Shown: positions 8,872 to 17,710 of the stretch, in pieces
Position numbering within the stretch: position 1 is the first letter of the stretch
Layout: each line of letters begins with the position of its first letter
Source: an uncultured Actinomycetes bacterium
Lineage (GTDB): Bacteria; Actinomycetota; Acidimicrobiia; IMCC26256; PALSA-555
Assembly: GCA_903899845.1 (NCBI GenBank)
Contig: CAIUKV010000251.1
Coordinates: forward strand, 5,970-69,969
DNA length: 64,000 nt
Reading direction: 5' to 3'
Made by a program: the position numbers and the translations under genes
The notes under the pieces: generated by a model
Seen by the model: the letters and a program-made list of their open reading frames with translations, nothing else
Told to the model about the DNA's origin: nothing
Database searches by the model: none

Positions 8872-9735
8872 TCAGGACCCGGGGTCGTCGGTGACGTCGG
8901 TGTCCTCGGGTGCGTCGGGTGCGTCGGATGCGTCGGATGCGTCGGGGCGGGCGGCCTCAGGGGTGAGGAGCCGGGCCACGGTGAGGAACCCGGTGTGGGC
9001 GACCATGCGGTGGTCGGGACGGACGGACTGCCCCTCGACGTGCCAGGTGCGGTGGAGCACCTCGAAGGTCTGGGCCATGCCGAACTCGGACTCGGCGATC
9101 GCCGCCCGCAACGTGGCGACCTGCAGGATCGTGGGCAGGTACGCGCAGAGGATGCCCCCGCGGGTCAGCGCGCCGGCGGCGTGGGGCACCACCCGCCACG
9201 GCTCGGGTAGGTCGAGCAGGATGCGGTCGAGGTCGGTCGCCTCGATCCCCTCGTAGACGTCGCGCACCTCCACCGTGAGGGGCACGTCGGGCCCGAGGAA
9301 GGCCTCGACGTTGCGGCGGGCCCGACCGGCGAAGTCGTCGCGGATCTCGTAGCCGAGGACGTGCCCGTCGGGGCCGAGCGCGCGCAGGAGGGTCATGGTG
9401 AGGGCGCCGGAGCCGACGCCCGACTCGAGGACGCGGGCGCCCGGGAACACGTCGGCGTGCACGAGGATCGCCCCGAGGTCCTTCGGGTAGATCACCTGGG
9501 CGCCCCGGGGCATCTCGAGCACGTACTCGGCGAGCGTGGGCCGGACTGCCGTGAGGCGCGCGCCCATGGTCGTCCGGACCCGGGTCCCCTCGGGGGCGCC
9601 GATGAGGTCGTCGTGGGCGACGATCCCGGCGTGGGAGTGGAAGGCGCCGCCGGCCTGGAGGACCACCAGGTGCCGCCGCCGCTTGGTGTCGAGGAGCAGG
9701 ACGCGCTCCCCCACCGTGAACGGACCCCGGCTCAC
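8872..9735 (-). CDS. trmI: tRNA (adenine58-N1)-methyltransferase TrmI
   Basis: GTG at 9733-9735 gives VSRGPFTVGERVLLLDTKRRRHLVVLQAGGAFHSHAGIV...VIYPKDLGAI...ESGVGSGALT, the GCD14/TrmI pattern. GTGA overlap with the upstream gene. Acidic repeat tail DASDASDAPDAPEDT. Confidence 0.85.
   Translation of the reverse strand: MSRGPFTVGERVLLLDTKRRRHLVVLQAGGAFHSHAGIVAHDDLIGAPEGTRVRTTMGARLTAVRPTLAEYVLEMPRGAQVIYPKDLGAILVHADVFPGARVLESGVGSGALTMTLLRALGPDGHVLGYEIRDDFAGRARRNVEAFLGPDVPLTVEVRDVYEGIEATDLDRILLDLPEPWRVVPHAAGALTRGGILCAYLPTILQVATLRAAIAESEFGMAQTFEVLHRTWHVEGQSVRPDHRMVAHTGFLTVARLLTPEAARPDASDASDAPDAPEDTDVTDDPGS
8911..8946. repeat. 4 tandem copies of a 9-nt unit (tgcgtcggN) inside the trmI 3' end
   Basis: tgcgtcggg tgcgtcgga tgcgtcgga tgcgtcggg. 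Encodes the (D-A-S/P) repeat tail. Confidence 0.6.
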
Positions 9736-10652
9736 GAGGTCACCGGGATCGCGCGGTGCTGGAGCCGACAGAAGGCGCACTCGTCGCCCGGGGTGGGCGT
9801 GCCGCAGCGCGGGCACGGGTGGAGCGCGACCGTGGGTCCGCCCCGGGTGAAGCTCCCGTGGGCACGCTCGAGGTAGCCGAACAGGAAGGCGGCCTTGCTC
9901 CCCGGGGACCGGAGCTCGAGCGCGTTCAGCGACTCCTTGTACGCGAGGTGCCGGTTCCCGGCGGCCATCGGGCACTCGTCGACCTGGTAGTCGATCCGCT
10001 CGAGCACGCAGTAGGCGGCCATCTCGCGCTCGCCGAGGCGGTAGAGCGGCTTGACCTTGCGGGCGAAGCCGGGCGCGGCCGGGAGCGCCGGGTGCTGACG
10101 GGCCAACGAGTCGAGGTCCCAGTGAAGCACGTTGCCGAGCAGGACCGCGGCCTCGTCGTCGAGGTTGTGGCCCGTGCACACGACGTCGTAGCCGTGGTCG
10201 AGGGCGTAGCGGTTGAACACGTGGCGCTTCGACAGCCCGCACGCCCCGCACGGCGCGCGTCGGGTCGCGGCGGCGGCCTCCGGCACGGTGAAGCCGTGGT
10301 CCGTGGCGAGGTCCACCACGTGGAGGTCCAGCTGCCGCCGGGTCGCGAAGGCCCGGGCGTGGCCGAGCGACTCGTCGGAGTAGCGGTCGATGCCGAGCCC
10401 GACGTAGAGCCCGTCGGCGGCGTACCCCAGGCGGACCAGGAGGTCCCAGAGCGCGAGCGAGTCCTTGCCGCCCGACACGGCGACGAGCACCCGGTCGCCC
10501 GGCTCGAGCATGGCGAAGTGCCGCACCGCCCGCCGGACCTGCTCCTCGCAGTGCGCCACGAAGTGCTCGTGGCAGAAGTTCGCGTTGTGACGGCGGAGGT
10601 CGATGACCGCCGGTCCCCGGCAGACCCGGCACTTCATCGGCTGGCGGGTCAC
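9732..10652 (-). CDS. TtuA/Ncs6-type PP-loop tRNA 2-thiolation ATPase
   Basis: N- and C-terminal Zn fingers (CRVCRGP...CHEHF; CPRCGTPTPGDECAFC). PP-loop SGGKDS. Cluster cysteines PCGACG and ECP. GTGA overlap with the upstream ThiS-like gene. Confidence 0.8.
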   Translation of the reverse strand: MTRQPMKCRVCRGPAVIDLRRHNANFCHEHFVAHCEEQVRRAVRHFAMLEPGDRVLVAVSGGKDSLALWDLLVRLGYAADGLYVGLGIDRYSDESLGHARAFATRRQLDLHVVDLATDHGFTVPEAAAATRRAPCGACGLSKRHVFNRYALDHGYDVVCTGHNLDDEAAVLLGNVLHWDLDSLARQHPALPAAPGFARKVKPLYRLGEREMAAYCVLERIDYQVDECPMAAGNRHLAYKESLNALELRSPGSKAAFLFGYLERAHGSFTRGGPTVALHPCPRCGTPTPGDECAFCRLQHRAIPVTS

Positions 10653-10873
10653 GCGGGGGTCCCCCGGGCGATGTCCCCGGCACCCCCCGAGATCACCGGC
10701 CGGATCTCCACCGACGCGTCGTCGGCGAGCACGGCGTCGTGGGTGACGAGCTCGTCGCCCACGATGACGAGCACCGATTCGGGATTGCAGTCGAGGTGTG
10801 CGAGCAACGCGCCGACCGTGGTCGGGCCGGGGACCTCCACCTCGCGGCGGGGGTTGCGCAGGAGCACCTTCAC
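10649..10873 (-). CDS. ThiS/MoaD/TtuB-like ubiquitin-fold sulfur carrier with a 10-aa extension after the Gly-Gly
   Basis: 74 aa: ...DASVEIRPVISGG-AGDIARGTPA. A beta-grasp carrier pattern. Sits immediately upstream of the thiolase. Confidence 0.7.
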   Translation of the reverse strand: MKVLLRNPRREVEVPGPTTVGALLAHLDCNPESVLVIVGDELVTHDAVLADDASVEIRPVISGGAGDIARGTPA

Positions 10874-10892
10874 GGGGCGTACCCGACGCGGT

Positions 10893-11093
10893 TCAGGACT
10901 CGGACCGGTCGCGGACGCGGATCCGGATGCCCGTGCCCGGCTCGAGCCTGCCCCGGAAGACCGTCTCGGGCTTCCCGAACGCGATCTGGCGCACGAGCGT
11001 CATCACCGCCGTCGTGGTGCTCACGCGCTGCAGGTTGCGCCGCCAGTTGCGGAAGAACCACCGCCACGCCCACCGCAGCACGGAGCGCCACAC
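10893..11093 (-). CDS. Hypothetical 66-aa Trp/Arg-rich protein
   Basis: VWRSVLRWAWRWFFRNWRRNLQRV... Every third codon position is G/C in this frame, unlike the competing 10870..11091 ORF. Starts 4 nt after the upstream stop. Confidence 0.5.
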   Translation of the reverse strand: MWRSVLRWAWRWFFRNWRRNLQRVSTTTAVMTLVRQIAFGKPETVFRGRLEPGTGIRIRVRDRSES

Positions 11094-11097
11094 CGGA

Positions 11098-11316
11098 TCA
11101 GATCCGCGTGATCTCGACGACGGTGCGCTTCTTGCGGCCGTGGCGACGTCCCATCAGGTAGATCACGCCGAGGGCCACGACGCCTCCGGCGACGGCGGCC
11201 ACCCGGCCGATGTCGCGCCCCGACTCGACGCCGACCTCGACGTCGCCCTGGAGCTGGCGGAACTTGGCCTCGATGTCGGCCCGGGTGATCCGCGGGTTCG
11301 CTGCGCCGCTGCTCAT
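11098..11316 (-). CDS. Hypothetical tail-anchored small membrane protein
   Basis: From the internal ATG: MSSGAANPRITRADIEAKFRQLQGDVE...VAAVAGGVVALGVIYLMG. ATGA overlap with the upstream gene. Confidence 0.5.
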   Translation of the reverse strand: MSSGAANPRITRADIEAKFRQLQGDVEVGVESGRDIGRVAAVAGGVVALGVIYLMGRRHGRKKRTVVEITRI

Positions 11317-11675
11317 CGCTCCAACTCCTTCGAGACCCGGAAGGCCTTCCGGGCGGTCCAGGTCACCGCGGCGCCGACCATCAGCACGGCGAAGACGATC
11401 ACGTAGGGAACCCACGACCAGTTGCCGTCGAAGGCCTCACCGGTCTCGGTCTGCAGGAGGCGCAGGCAGCCCAGGGCCAGCAGCATCACGCCGGTGCCGA
11501 GGAGCACGGATCCGGCCACGCCGAAGGCGAGGTAGCGCCCGAGCTCGCGGAGGGGCAGGAGGGTCTCCTGCTTGAAGTACGCCACGAGGAGGTCCCGCAG
11601 CTCCAGCACCAGCTGGGGCAGCGAGGGGCGCCCCGCCGGGCGGAGGGACGGACGGGGGTCGCGGTCGTCGGCCAC
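11313..11675 (-). CDS. Holin-X/DUF1469-like two-TM membrane protein
   Basis: 120 aa with two hydrophobic helices (YLAFGVAGSVLLGTGVMLLAL; VPYVIVFAVLMVGAAVTW). The family assignment is from general resemblance only. Confidence 0.5.
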   Translation of the reverse strand: MADDRDPRPSLRPAGRPSLPQLVLELRDLLVAYFKQETLLPLRELGRYLAFGVAGSVLLGTGVMLLALGCLRLLQTETGEAFDGNWSWVPYVIVFAVLMVGAAVTWTARKAFRVSKELER

Positions 11676-11684
11676 CGAGGGATA

Positions 11685-13136
11685 CTACGGCGCTGCGGTC
11701 GGGGCGCGCGGGGCCGGGACCAGCGCGTCGGGGGCCGGCGCCTCGGGGAACCGGCCGATCGCCTCGGCCAGGCGAGCCCGGATGCGGATCGCCTCGGCCT
11801 CGCCGAAGCTGCCGGTGGCGATGAGCGAGAACCGCAGCGGTCGCCCGACGTCGACGAGGCCGGCCAGGCCGCTCACGCCGTTGAGGAAGCCGGTCTTGCC
11901 CCGGAGCCGCCCGTCGAGCGGGCCGCCCCGCATCTCGTCGGCGAGGGTCCCGGTCTGCCCGGCCACCGCCATCCCCGCCCAGAGCGGCTCGAGGCCCGGC
12001 CGGGCCCCGAGATCCACCGCCGCGGTCAGCGCCCGGCACGTGACGCGGTTGTCGCGCGCGAGCCCCGAGCCGTCGATCAGGGTGACCCCGGTCATCGGCA
12101 CGCCGAGGTCGGCGAGGGCCCGGGTCGCGACCGCGAGGCCGGCCGCGGTCGTCCCCGCCCCGCCCTTGCGGACCCCCATCTCCTTCACCAGCGTCTCGGA
12201 CGCGAGGTTGTCGCTCGACCGGACCACCGCGGCCACGAGCTGGGCGACCGGCGCCGAGTCGAGCGTCGCGACCTCGCGCGCGCCGTCGGGGACCCGACCG
12301 CGCTGCACCGTGCCGCCCACGGCGACGCCGCGCTCGCGCAGCAGGCGCGCGAGCTCGGTGCCCGCGAGCACGGCCGGGTCGTCGGCCGCGACCGGGGGTG
12401 ACGTCCGCACGAAGCCGCGGTTCACGGTGAGCGCACCGACCGGGCCGATCTGCCCCTCGGTCCGGTAGGCCGGGGACCACGCCGGGTTGTAGCGCTCCTC
12501 GTCGTAGCGGTCGTCCACGACCGACAGCGACCGGACCGACCGGATCCCCTTGGCCACCACGAGGTCGGCCAGGCCCTCGAGCGCGGTCGACGGCGCGCCC
12601 GCGGTCTTCGGGTCGGCGGCCAGGTAGGCCCGGAACGGCGCGGTCGAGAGCAGTGGGTCTCCTCCCCCCACGAGCACGAGCCGGTCGACCGCGCCCTCCC
12701 CGGGGTCCCCGGTCGCCAGCACCCGGGTCCGCAACGTCGTCTCGGGACCGAGCACCGCCAGGGCGGCGGCGCCGGTGAGCAGCTTCTGGGTCGAGGCCCC
12801 GACCGTGGGGGCGTCCTCGTTGCGCCCGGCGACCGGACCGGCCGCGGTCGTGACCTGGAAGCACCCGCCCCCCGACCCGAGGCCGGCGTCGAGCTGGCGT
12901 TGGAGCCGGGTCCCGCCGACGGCATCGACGAAGGGCTGGGGCACCCGCCGGGGCGACCAGCCCGGGCTGCCGAGCGCCGACTGGCGGCTCGCGGGCTGGT
13001 CGGGGGGCGCGGCGCCGGCCACCGCGACCGCCGCGCTCACCCCGGCCCCGACGCACAGCAGGGCGACGAGGACCGGCCGGACCCGGCGGCTCCGTCCCGG
13101 TCGCGGGCGCGACCGGGCGCGCTCCCGAGGGCTCAC
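11685..13136 (-). CDS. dacB: D-alanyl-D-alanine carboxypeptidase/endopeptidase (PBP4/DacB, S13 family)
   Basis: GTG at 13134-13136 (GTGA overlap). Signal/TM segment VLVALLCVGAGVSAAVAVAGA. SxxK motif in GASTQKLLTG. The rest of the 701-aa track ORF overlaps the upstream gene. Confidence 0.8.
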   Translation of the reverse strand: MSPRERARSRPRPGRSRRVRPVLVALLCVGAGVSAAVAVAGAAPPDQPASRQSALGSPGWSPRRVPQPFVDAVGGTRLQRQLDAGLGSGGGCFQVTTAAGPVAGRNEDAPTVGASTQKLLTGAAALAVLGPETTLRTRVLATGDPGEGAVDRLVLVGGGDPLLSTAPFRAYLAADPKTAGAPSTALEGLADLVVAKGIRSVRSLSVVDDRYDEERYNPAWSPAYRTEGQIGPVGALTVNRGFVRTSPPVAADDPAVLAGTELARLLRERGVAVGGTVQRGRVPDGAREVATLDSAPVAQLVAAVVRSSDNLASETLVKEMGVRKGGAGTTAAGLAVATRALADLGVPMTGVTLIDGSGLARDNRVTCRALTAAVDLGARPGLEPLWAGMAVAGQTGTLADEMRGGPLDGRLRGKTGFLNGVSGLAGLVDVGRPLRFSLIATGSFGEAEAIRIRARLAEAIGRFPEAPAPDALVPAPRAPTAAP

Positions 13137-15280
13137 CCGGGGGCGGCCCGGCGCATCCGGTGCCGGGCGTCGTGCCACAGGTGCTCGAGGGCGCGCACGG
13201 CCCGGTCCGCCGACGGGTAGCACAGGCGGCCAGTCTCGCGGACCGTGCGGGGTCCGGCGTTGTCGGGGTCGGCCACCGCCAGCTCGGTCGCCACCAGGAC
13301 GGGCTTGCCGGTGCGGGCCGACACCTCGGCCGCGGCCCGGGCGAAGCGGGCGTCCTGGCGCTCGTGGTAGGCGACGATCCGCTCGAGCCCGTGGCCGGGG
13401 TAGAAGCCCCCACCCCGCATCAGCCGGGCCTGGTTCGACTGGATGCCCAGTCCGAGGAGGATCACGGCGTCGACGTCGGGATGGGCGGCCACCAGGTCGA
13501 GCACCTCGGGGATGGTGTCGCGGGTCTCGGCCCCGGCGAAGTCGATCGGGTTGCCCCGGCTCCACCGGGGCGGGAGCTTGGCGTCGATCGCCGTGCGGAG
13601 GTCGTCCGGCAGCGCGACGAGGTCGAGGTCGCTGCGCTGGATCGCGTCGGCGGTCACCACGCCCCAGCCGCCCGCCGTCGTGCACACCACCACGCGGTTG
13701 CCCCGGGGCCGGGGCTGGGTCGCCAGGGTGGCCGCGGCCTCGAACGCCTCCTCGACCGACCCGGCTCGGATCGCCCCGGCCTGGCGGCACACCCCGGCGA
13801 ACACCCGGTCGTCGCTGGCGAGCGCCCCGGTGTGGGACGCGGCGGCCTGCTGGCCGCTCGCGGTGGCGCCCCCCTTGAGCACCACCACCGGCATCCGTGC
13901 CGTGACGGCCCGGAGCCGGTCGGCGAACGCCCGGCCGTCACCGAGCCCCTCCACGTAGGCGAGGGCCACGGTCGAGTGCGGATCGTCGGCGAACCACTCG
14001 AGGTAGTCGACGACGCCCACCGCCGCGGCGTTGCCCGCCGACACGGCCCGGCTCACCCCGACCCCGGTCGCGACCGCGAGGTTCATGAACGACGACACGA
14101 AGTTGCCCGACTGGCTCGCGATGGCGATCGGACCCGGGGGCGGCGCCGGGGCGACGATCTGCGCGCACAGCGATGCGGGGGTCGACACCACGCCCTGCCC
14201 GTTGGGGCCGGCGACGACGATCCCGAGCTCGGCCCCCAGCGCGACGAGCGCGTCCTGGGCCGCGCGCCCGTCCGCGCCCGCTTCGGCGTACCCCGCCGAG
14301 GCGACGAACGCGCCCCGGATCCCGCGGCGCGCGCAGGCCGCGAGCACCCCGGGGTTGACCGCCGCCGGGGTGCAGACGAACGCGAGGTCGACCACGGCGT
14401 CGGCGGGCAGGTCGTCGACCGAGGCCACGGTCGCGACCCCGAGGATCGTGCCGCCGTCGCGGTTCGTGGCGTGGACCTCGCCCCGGTAGCCGCTCGCGAG
14501 CAGGTTGTGCAGCGCGACGAACCCGAACTTGCCCGGGTGGCTCGACGCGCCGACGACCACGACGCCCCGGGGGTCGAACAGCGGGCGCAGGTCGGGTGCG
14601 GGCCGGGTCGGCGCGTCGCCGCGCATCTCGTCGGGACTGCCGATCTCGACCAGCGCGTCGACGGCGAGCGGACGTCCGTCCACGACGATGCACGGGTTCA
14701 CGTCGACCGACCGCACGTCGGCCCGGTCCCGGGCCAGCGCGGCGAGTCCGAGCAGCACGTCGGCGACCGCGTGCCGGTCGATCGCGGGCTCGCCCCGGAC
14801 CGGTCCGAGCAGGGCCTGGTGCGTGAGCGCCTCGATCGCCTCGAGCGCGTCGGTGCGGTCGAGCGGGACGGGCACGAAGGCGACGTCGCCCAGCGCCTCG
14901 GTCAGCACGCCGCCGACCCCGACCATCACGCAGGGGCCGAACTGGGGGTCGCGCACGAGGCCGGCGACGAGCTCGCGGGTGCCCGCCACCATCGGGGCGA
15001 CCAGGACGCCGACCTCGCCGTCGTCGGGGCGCGCGGCGCCCAGGAGCTCGGCGGCGGCCGCCCGCACCGCCGGGGCGTCGCCGAGGCGCAGGCGCACGAG
15101 GCCGCGCTCGGTCTTGTGGGCGATGGCCGGCCCCACGAGCTTTGCCACCACCGGGTACCCGAGCCGGTCGGCCGCGGCCGCGGCGGCGTCGGGATCGGTG
15201 GCCCGGACCGCCGTGACGACCGGCACCCCGTAGCCGGCCAGCAGCGCGCCGGACTCGTCCTCGGCGAGCGTGCGCGCCAC
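13133..15280 (-). CDS. ADP-forming acyl/acetyl-CoA synthetase family protein (ATP-grasp + CoA-binding + ligase-CoA domains)
   Basis: 715 aa. LLAGYGVPVV...YPVVAKLV is an ATP-grasp pattern. VVVGASSHPGKFGF is a CoA-binding pattern. Confidence 0.8.
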   Translation of the reverse strand: MARTLAEDESGALLAGYGVPVVTAVRATDPDAAAAAADRLGYPVVAKLVGPAIAHKTERGLVRLRLGDAPAVRAAAAELLGAARPDDGEVGVLVAPMVAGTRELVAGLVRDPQFGPCVMVGVGGVLTEALGDVAFVPVPLDRTDALEAIEALTHQALLGPVRGEPAIDRHAVADVLLGLAALARDRADVRSVDVNPCIVVDGRPLAVDALVEIGSPDEMRGDAPTRPAPDLRPLFDPRGVVVVGASSHPGKFGFVALHNLLASGYRGEVHATNRDGGTILGVATVASVDDLPADAVVDLAFVCTPAAVNPGVLAACARRGIRGAFVASAGYAEAGADGRAAQDALVALGAELGIVVAGPNGQGVVSTPASLCAQIVAPAPPPGPIAIASQSGNFVSSFMNLAVATGVGVSRAVSAGNAAAVGVVDYLEWFADDPHSTVALAYVEGLGDGRAFADRLRAVTARMPVVVLKGGATASGQQAAASHTGALASDDRVFAGVCRQAGAIRAGSVEEAFEAAATLATQPRPRGNRVVVCTTAGGWGVVTADAIQRSDLDLVALPDDLRTAIDAKLPPRWSRGNPIDFAGAETRDTIPEVLDLVAAHPDVDAVILLGLGIQSNQARLMRGGGFYPGHGLERIVAYHERQDARFARAAAEVSARTGKPVLVATELAVADPDNAGPRTVRETGRLCYPSADRAVRALEHLWHDARHRMRRAAPG

Positions 15281-15287
15281 CGTGGGG

Positions 15288-16841
15288 TCAGACCCTGCGG
15301 TCCTGGCCGCTCCAGAACTCGTCCCGGAGCACCCGCTTGAGCAGCTTCCCCGACTCGGTGCGGGGCAGCTCGTCGCGCAGCTCGTAGCCGCGGGGCTGCT
15401 TGTAGCCGGCGAGGTGGGCGGCGGCGAAGTCCCGGACCTCGTCGAGGTCGAGGGTGACGCCGGCTCGGGCCTGGAGGATCGCGTACACCGACTCGCCCCA
15501 CTCGTCGTCGGGGATGCCGAACACGGCGACGTCCATGACGCCCGGGTGCTGGTGCAGCACCGCCTCGATCTCGGCCGGGTAGATGTTGACCCCGCCCGAG
15601 ATGATCATGTCCTTCTTGCGGTCGCAGATGTAGAGGTAGCCCTCGTCGTCGAGGTAGGCGACGTCGCCGACGGACTTCCAGTCGTGGTCGGCGAGCTCGG
15701 TGAGCTGCTCCTCGGTGCGGTGGTAGCCGTCCATCGCGAGGCGGGTCCGGATGAACAGCTCGCCGGGCTCCCCGGTCGCCGTCTCGGCGCCGTCGTCGCG
15801 CACGATGCGCACGTCGATCGGCCCGTAGGTCTTGCCGCACGACCCGGGCTTGCGGAGCTGGTCCTCGGGCGGCAGCACCGTCACGACGCCGAGCTCGGTG
15901 GAGCCGTAGATCTCGAACAGGAACCCGTCACCGAGCTTCTCGACCACTTCCTGCTTGAGCGCGTACGGCACCGGGGCCGCGTTGGCCACCAGGATGCGCA
16001 TCGACGACATGTCGGCACGGGCGAGGTCCTCGGGCGGGAGCGCGACGATCCGCTTCAGCTGGGTCGGAGCCGAGAACGTGTTGGTGGCCCGGTGCACCCG
16101 GACCGCGTCGAGCCAGGCCGCGGGCTGGAACTTGCGCATGGTCACGATCGACCCGCCGAGCGAATGGGCGAGCGTCGCGAACATCAACGGACCCGAGTGG
16201 TAGAGCGGACCGGTGGTGAGGTACACCTCCTCGCCGGGCTGGAAGCGGAGGGCGCCGAGCAGCGCGAGGACCGTCTCGGGGTCGCTCCCGGTGCGGGTCG
16301 CCCCCTTCGGGTGGCCGGTCGTGCCCGAGGTGTAGATCATCGAGCCGCCGATGGTGCCGGGCTCCCCGCCCGGGTCGGGCTCGGTCTCGGGACTCCCGGC
16401 GAGGACCTCGTCCCAGGCCACGAAGCCCGCGGGCGTGCCCTCCCCCCAGACCACGACCGACCGGACCTTGGGCAGGCGGTCGCGGATCTCGGCCAGCAGC
16501 GGCGCCTGCTCGGCGTCGATGACCACGGTGGTCGCGTCGGAGTTGTCGACGACGTACTGCATCTCCTCGGCGGTGAACCGGTACGACAGGGGCACGGCCA
16601 CGAGGCCCGCCTTGCGCGCCGCGTGCACCGCGGTGATGACCTCGAGCGAGTTGGGGCCGCACCACACGACCCGCTCCCCCGGCCGGGCGCCGAGCGCCAC
16701 CAGGCCGTTGGCGAGGCGGTTGGCCGCGAGGTTCAGCTCCCCGTAGCTGGTCGACGAGCCGACGCCCCCGCCGGCGGGCTCCACCACCACGGCGGGCGCG
16801 TGGCCCTGCAGCTCCGCCTGCGCGGTCAGCGAGTCGGTCAT
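15288..16841 (-). CDS. AMP-dependent acyl-CoA synthetase/ligase
   Basis: 517 aa. MIYTSGTTGHPKG, GYHRTEEQ..., GDVAYLDDEGYLYICDRKKDMIISGGVNIYP. Confidence 0.88.
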   Translation of the reverse strand: MTDSLTAQAELQGHAPAVVVEPAGGGVGSSTSYGELNLAANRLANGLVALGARPGERVVWCGPNSLEVITAVHAARKAGLVAVPLSYRFTAEEMQYVVDNSDATTVVIDAEQAPLLAEIRDRLPKVRSVVVWGEGTPAGFVAWDEVLAGSPETEPDPGGEPGTIGGSMIYTSGTTGHPKGATRTGSDPETVLALLGALRFQPGEEVYLTTGPLYHSGPLMFATLAHSLGGSIVTMRKFQPAAWLDAVRVHRATNTFSAPTQLKRIVALPPEDLARADMSSMRILVANAAPVPYALKQEVVEKLGDGFLFEIYGSTELGVVTVLPPEDQLRKPGSCGKTYGPIDVRIVRDDGAETATGEPGELFIRTRLAMDGYHRTEEQLTELADHDWKSVGDVAYLDDEGYLYICDRKKDMIISGGVNIYPAEIEAVLHQHPGVMDVAVFGIPDDEWGESVYAILQARAGVTLDLDEVRDFAAAHLAGYKQPRGYELRDELPRTESGKLLKRVLRDEFWSGQDRRV

Positions 16842-16918
16842 CGGCGCGGTCCCCCATCCCCGGGCCGGGGCGGTGCCGCGGACGGGTGGTCGCGGGGCCG
16901 ATCCGGCGAGCGGCTCGG

Positions 16919-16924
16919 TAGCCT
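16919..16924 (+). promoter_or_regulatory. -10-like TAGCCT, 6 nt upstream of GTG 16931 (leaderless candidate)
   Basis: cggTAGCCTacccccGTG. Confidence 0.4.
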
Positions 16925-16930
16925 ACCCCC

Positions 16931-17710
16931 GTGCCGCCCGCCTCCGACGGGGACACCCCGCCGGTCCCGAGCGCTCCCCCGCCCCACCTCGCGATCAGCG
17001 TGGTGATGCCCGCGTACAACGAATCCGCCTTCCTCGGGACCGCGGTCACCGAGGTCGTCGCCGGACTGCGCGACGCCGGCGATCCGTTCGAGGTCCTCGT
17101 GGTCGAGAACGGATCGCGCGACGACACCGCCGCGGTCGCCGACCGGTTGGCCGCCGAGCACCCCGAGGTGCGGGCCCTGCACCTGCCCGACCCCGACTAC
17201 GGCGCGGCGCTGCGGGCGGGGCTGCTCGCGGCCCGGGGTGAGGTCGTCGTGAACTTCGACGTCGACTACTACGACCTGGGCTTCGTCGCCCGGGCCCGCG
17301 ACCGCCTCGGCGCCCCCGACCACCCGGCCGTGGTGGTCGGGTCGAAGCGGGCCGCCGGGGCCGAGGACCACCGGGCCTGGGGCCGACGGTTCGTCACCGG
17401 GGTGTTCGCCGGCGTGCTGCGCGTCGGGTTCGGCCTCGGGGTCTCCGACACCCACGGCATGAAGGTCCTGCGTCGCGCCGCGGTCGAGCCGCACGCGCGG
17501 CGGTGCCGCTCGGGCACCGACCTCTTCGACACCGAGCTCGTCCTGCGGGTGGAGCGGGCCGGCCTGCGGGCCGTGGAGCTCCCGGTGGTGGTCGACGAGC
17601 GACGACCGTCGCGCTCGCCGATCTGGCGCCGGGTGCCCCGGACCCTGGGGGGCCTGCTGCGCCTTCGGATGCGGGCCTGGTCCGACTCGTCGCTGCGGCG
17701 GTCCCGGTGA
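16931..17710 (+). CDS. Family 2 glycosyltransferase (polyprenol-phosphate glycosyltransferase-like)
   Basis: ISVVMPAYNESAFL...VLVVENGSRDDT...DVDYYD, the GT-A DxD pattern. Confidence 0.8.
   Translation: MPPASDGDTPPVPSAPPPHLAISVVMPAYNESAFLGTAVTEVVAGLRDAGDPFEVLVVENGSRDDTAAVADRLAAEHPEVRALHLPDPDYGAALRAGLLAARGEVVVNFDVDYYDLGFVARARDRLGAPDHPAVVVGSKRAAGAEDHRAWGRRFVTGVFAGVLRVGFGLGVSDTHGMKVLRRAAVEPHARRCRSGTDLFDTELVLRVERAGLRAVELPVVVDERRPSRSPIWRRVPRTLGGLLRLRMRAWSDSSLRRSR

Noticed and set aside
10870-11091. 73-aa ORF (MALRAAVGVAVV...) competing with the 66-aa ORF 10893..11093.
   Set aside because: The 10893..11093 frame has G/C at every third position and sits 4 nt after the upstream stop. The 73-aa frame does not show this bias.
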